A stretch of 41,899 nt of DNA, taken from NCBI GenBank assembly GCA_964552515.1, contig CAZKIN010000005.1, positions 1 to 41,899 on the forward strand. Reading direction: 5' to 3'. Shown piece by piece: positions 40,436-41,899 of this stretch; the stretch's first letter is position 1, and the number at the start of each line of letters is the position of its first letter. Below the pieces are notes generated by a model. The model saw only the letters and a list, made by a program, of their open reading frames with translations, did no database searches and was not told the DNA's origin. The stretch comes from an uncultured Phycisphaeraceae bacterium (GTDB taxonomy: Bacteria; Planctomycetota; Phycisphaerae; UBA1845). The position numbers and the translations under genes were made by a program.

Positions 40436-41616
40436 CCGTCATGGGTTCCAGTTCGTGCAATGCCTTCCGCCCCAGCAAGTGCAAAGTGCGCGCGGCGAGT
40501 CGCCCCATTGTTTTTCCGCCGGATCCGGACGGCAGCGGGTTCTATTTGGTGTGCAACCGCCGCAAGGAAATCTGGCGGATGGAGAGGAATCACTCGGGCG
40601 TGGGTCCGGTCTACGGCGTTTCGGCAACGCGTGGCCCGCTGTGGTCATATCCGCCGAGCAACAACAACGCAGCGATGGGAGACATCGACGGAGACTCCAC
40701 TGGTGCCTGGTACTTTGAATCGCCGGGTGCGGGGGCCATTTTGTCCAGTGGACCGTCGCCGGTGGCGTTCCCGGAATTGGGCTTTCAGTTCGGTGCGTTG
40801 ATCCCGCGACTCCATCGCCTGGACGCAGACCTGAACCTCGTGGCTTCGTACATCATTGCCTGGAAGATCAACGGCATCGACGTTGACCTGGGCACGGTGC
40901 AATCGGGCTTTTTCATTCCGGCGTCTTCCAGCATCACAGCCGGTGGTTCGGCCGCGAACCTGCTTGCCCCCATGGCCAGGGTGAGATACTCGACCCACCA
41001 GCCGCAGACGAACCCGCCCGTCATCTCGAAGGTGCTTGATCTGCCCGGTGGCCTCTGTGCCGTGAATTTCAATACGATCATCGCTGCGTGCACGAAGCTC
41101 CGCACCGCTGGAAAAACGGTGGGCGGTCTCATCCAGGTCGGCCTCGGCGAGCCTGGTGATCTGAGCGACTATGCGAGTGTGCAGATTGACCATACCGACA
41201 AAGCGATCGAAGTGATTCCGGAACCCGGATATCAGTCCATGCTCAACGAGGGATTCCCGGGCGGACAAGGCGAAGGAAGTGCGCCACCGATCGGCAGCTG
41301 TGGCGGTGCGCCGGGCGTGATCTATGCGTGCAAACTCGGCGGGAATGATTACATCGCGAAGTGGGTGAATGGTGCCCTGGCGGCTTATAAGACGCCGGCC
41401 AATGCGAACGCCCTTGATCAGTACAAAGCCCAATGCATCGGCGGGTCATCAAGCGTGGTCTACACCACGGAGAACAACAACGAGGTGGTGATCCGCGATG
41501 GGTCCTTGAATTTGGTCCGGCGATTCCCACGGTCGGAGCTCGACACGATGCTCGGTCCGACCAGTGCCGTGAACGGCTTCAGTAATTACACGTTCACCGG
41601 GATCGGCGGCAGGTGA
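40432..41616 (+). CDS. Hypothetical protein (394 aa), last gene before the right end
   Basis: The ATG at 40432 forms an ATGA overlap with the previous stop. Confidence 0.5.
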   Translation: MTVMGSSSCNAFRPSKCKVRAASRPIVFPPDPDGSGFYLVCNRRKEIWRMERNHSGVGPVYGVSATRGPLWSYPPSNNNAAMGDIDGDSTGAWYFESPGAGAILSSGPSPVAFPELGFQFGALIPRLHRLDADLNLVASYIIAWKINGIDVDLGTVQSGFFIPASSSITAGGSAANLLAPMARVRYSTHQPQTNPPVISKVLDLPGGLCAVNFNTIIAACTKLRTAGKTVGGLIQVGLGEPGDLSDYASVQIDHTDKAIEVIPEPGYQSMLNEGFPGGQGEGSAPPIGSCGGAPGVIYACKLGGNDYIAKWVNGALAAYKTPANANALDQYKAQCIGGSSSVVYTTENNNEVVIRDGSLNLVRRFPRSELDTMLGPTSAVNGFSNYTFTGIGGR

Positions 41617-41624
41617 GTATCAAG

Positions 41625-41658
41625 GCGTCTTCGGACGCGGATCGAAGGTCGTTCGATC
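41625..41658 (+). promoter_or_regulatory. Two adjacent stem-loops after the last gene (GCGTC-TTCG-GACGC; GATCGAA-GGTCG-TTCGATC)
   Basis: Read directly. The first has a UUCG tetraloop. No T-tract. Confidence 0.4.
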
Positions 41659-41747
41659 GGCCTTCGAGGTAGGTTAAATCACAGAGATTCCGGAGTCCTT
41701 GAAAGAAGCATGTTCAGGGACGCCGGAAAATGTACGCGCCCATTTCC

Positions 41748-41760
41748 GAGGCCAGAACCG
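41748..41760. repeat. Second right-end site (GAGGCCAGAACCG)
   Basis: GCCAGAACCG is repeated 20 bp apart at 41751-41760 and 41771-41780. Confidence 0.6.
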
Positions 41761-41769
41761 GTGTGGAAA

Positions 41770-41794
41770 AGCCAGAACCGTGGTGCGCCTTAGA
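41770..41794. repeat. Right terminal inverted repeat (R1)
   Basis: Its reverse complement, TCTAAGGCGCACCACGGTTCTGGCT, pairs with 666-690 (18/25) and with 787-809 (21/23 over the inner part). Confidence 0.7.
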
Positions 41795-41799
41795 CACTG
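41795..41799. repeat. Right copy of 5-bp target-site duplication CACTG
   Basis: Directly abuts the outer edge of R1. Confidence 0.7.
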
Positions 41800-41856
41800 A
41801 CACCGAATCCTCCCCCCACCCAACCCGATGACCCGCAACTCCTCCTTGGTTTCTAA
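41795..41856 (+). other. Displaced original 3' end of the radical-SAM gene (19 codons plus TAA)
   Basis: Joining 665 to 41800 gives ...TCA CCA CTG ACA CCG AAT CCT CCC ... GGT TTC TAA in frame (SPLTPNPPPTQPDDPQLLLGF*). Confidence 0.5.
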
Positions 41857-41899
41857 TTTGATCCGGTAATTTTCTGTAAGTCGCAGATTTTTGATTTGA

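Larger units (their letters stand above)
666..41794. mobile_element. Mu-like transposable prophage, apparently complete (about 41.1 kb)
   Basis: MuA-like DDE transposase, MuB-like ATPase and Mu-type head genes (gp29 portal, F, I, gp36, gp37 analogues). Terminal inverted repeats, 5-bp duplication, and a host ORF interrupted at 665/666. Confidence 0.85.

Noticed and set aside
664-41796. Canonical Mu-type termini TG...CA (TGTCTAA ... TTAGACA).
   Set aside because: Choosing these ends leaves flanks ACCAC and CTGAC, which are not a duplication. Shifting the ends by 2 nt gives a perfect 5-bp CACTG duplication and a restored host ORF.
678-41856. Similarity between the phage-supplied ORF end (CTAGGTTTTGTCTAA) and the displaced host ORF end (CTTGGTTTCTAA), suggesting an integrase-type att core.
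   Set aside because: The match is short and gapped and no integrase is present. A transposase, TIRs and a 5-bp duplication explain the insertion. Treated as coincidence.

Overview
GC-rich bacterial chromosomal window occupied almost entirely by one apparently complete, roughly 41.1-kb Mu-like transposable prophage (666-41794). It lies in the extreme 3' end of a radical-SAM gene. It is bounded by an imperfect 25-bp terminal inverted repeat (18/25 matches) and a 5-bp direct repeat CACTG (661-665 and 41795-41799). Removing the element in silico restores an open host reading frame. The layout is divergent around a more AT-rich control region near 11.5-11.65 kb. A leftward early operon (11530 down to 989) encodes a MuA-like DDE transposase, a MuB-like AAA+ ATPase, a GemA/gp16-like protein, a RecQ-family helicase with an unknown coupled partner, and many small Cys-rich proteins. 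A rightward arm starts with an immunity/moron island: a candidate RHH repressor, a tail-anchored double zinc-ribbon membrane protein, a promoter-to-terminator noncoding unit, a Lar-like anti-restriction protein, a tRNA with anticodon CAU, a lipoprotein and holin-like membrane proteins. It continues into a Mu-type morphogenesis block: small and large terminase, an embedded Dam-like N6-adenine methyltransferase, gp29-like portal, Mu F-like protein, gp I-like protease/scaffold, DUF2190-like decoration protein, major capsid, gp36-, G- and gp37-like proteins, then about 15 kb of tail, fibre and beta-helix genes. The most unusual signal is a family of short tandem 7-8-bp GGCA/GCCA-core repeats, nearly T-free on one strand, at 12 or more gene junctions, often filling the whole stop-to-start spacer. 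It co-occurs with a recurring CCCGCAnAGCGGG stem-loop. All functional calls come from motif recognition by eye. No database search or folding was run. Right-end coordinates beyond 41616 have no ORF anchor and could be off by 1-2 nt.
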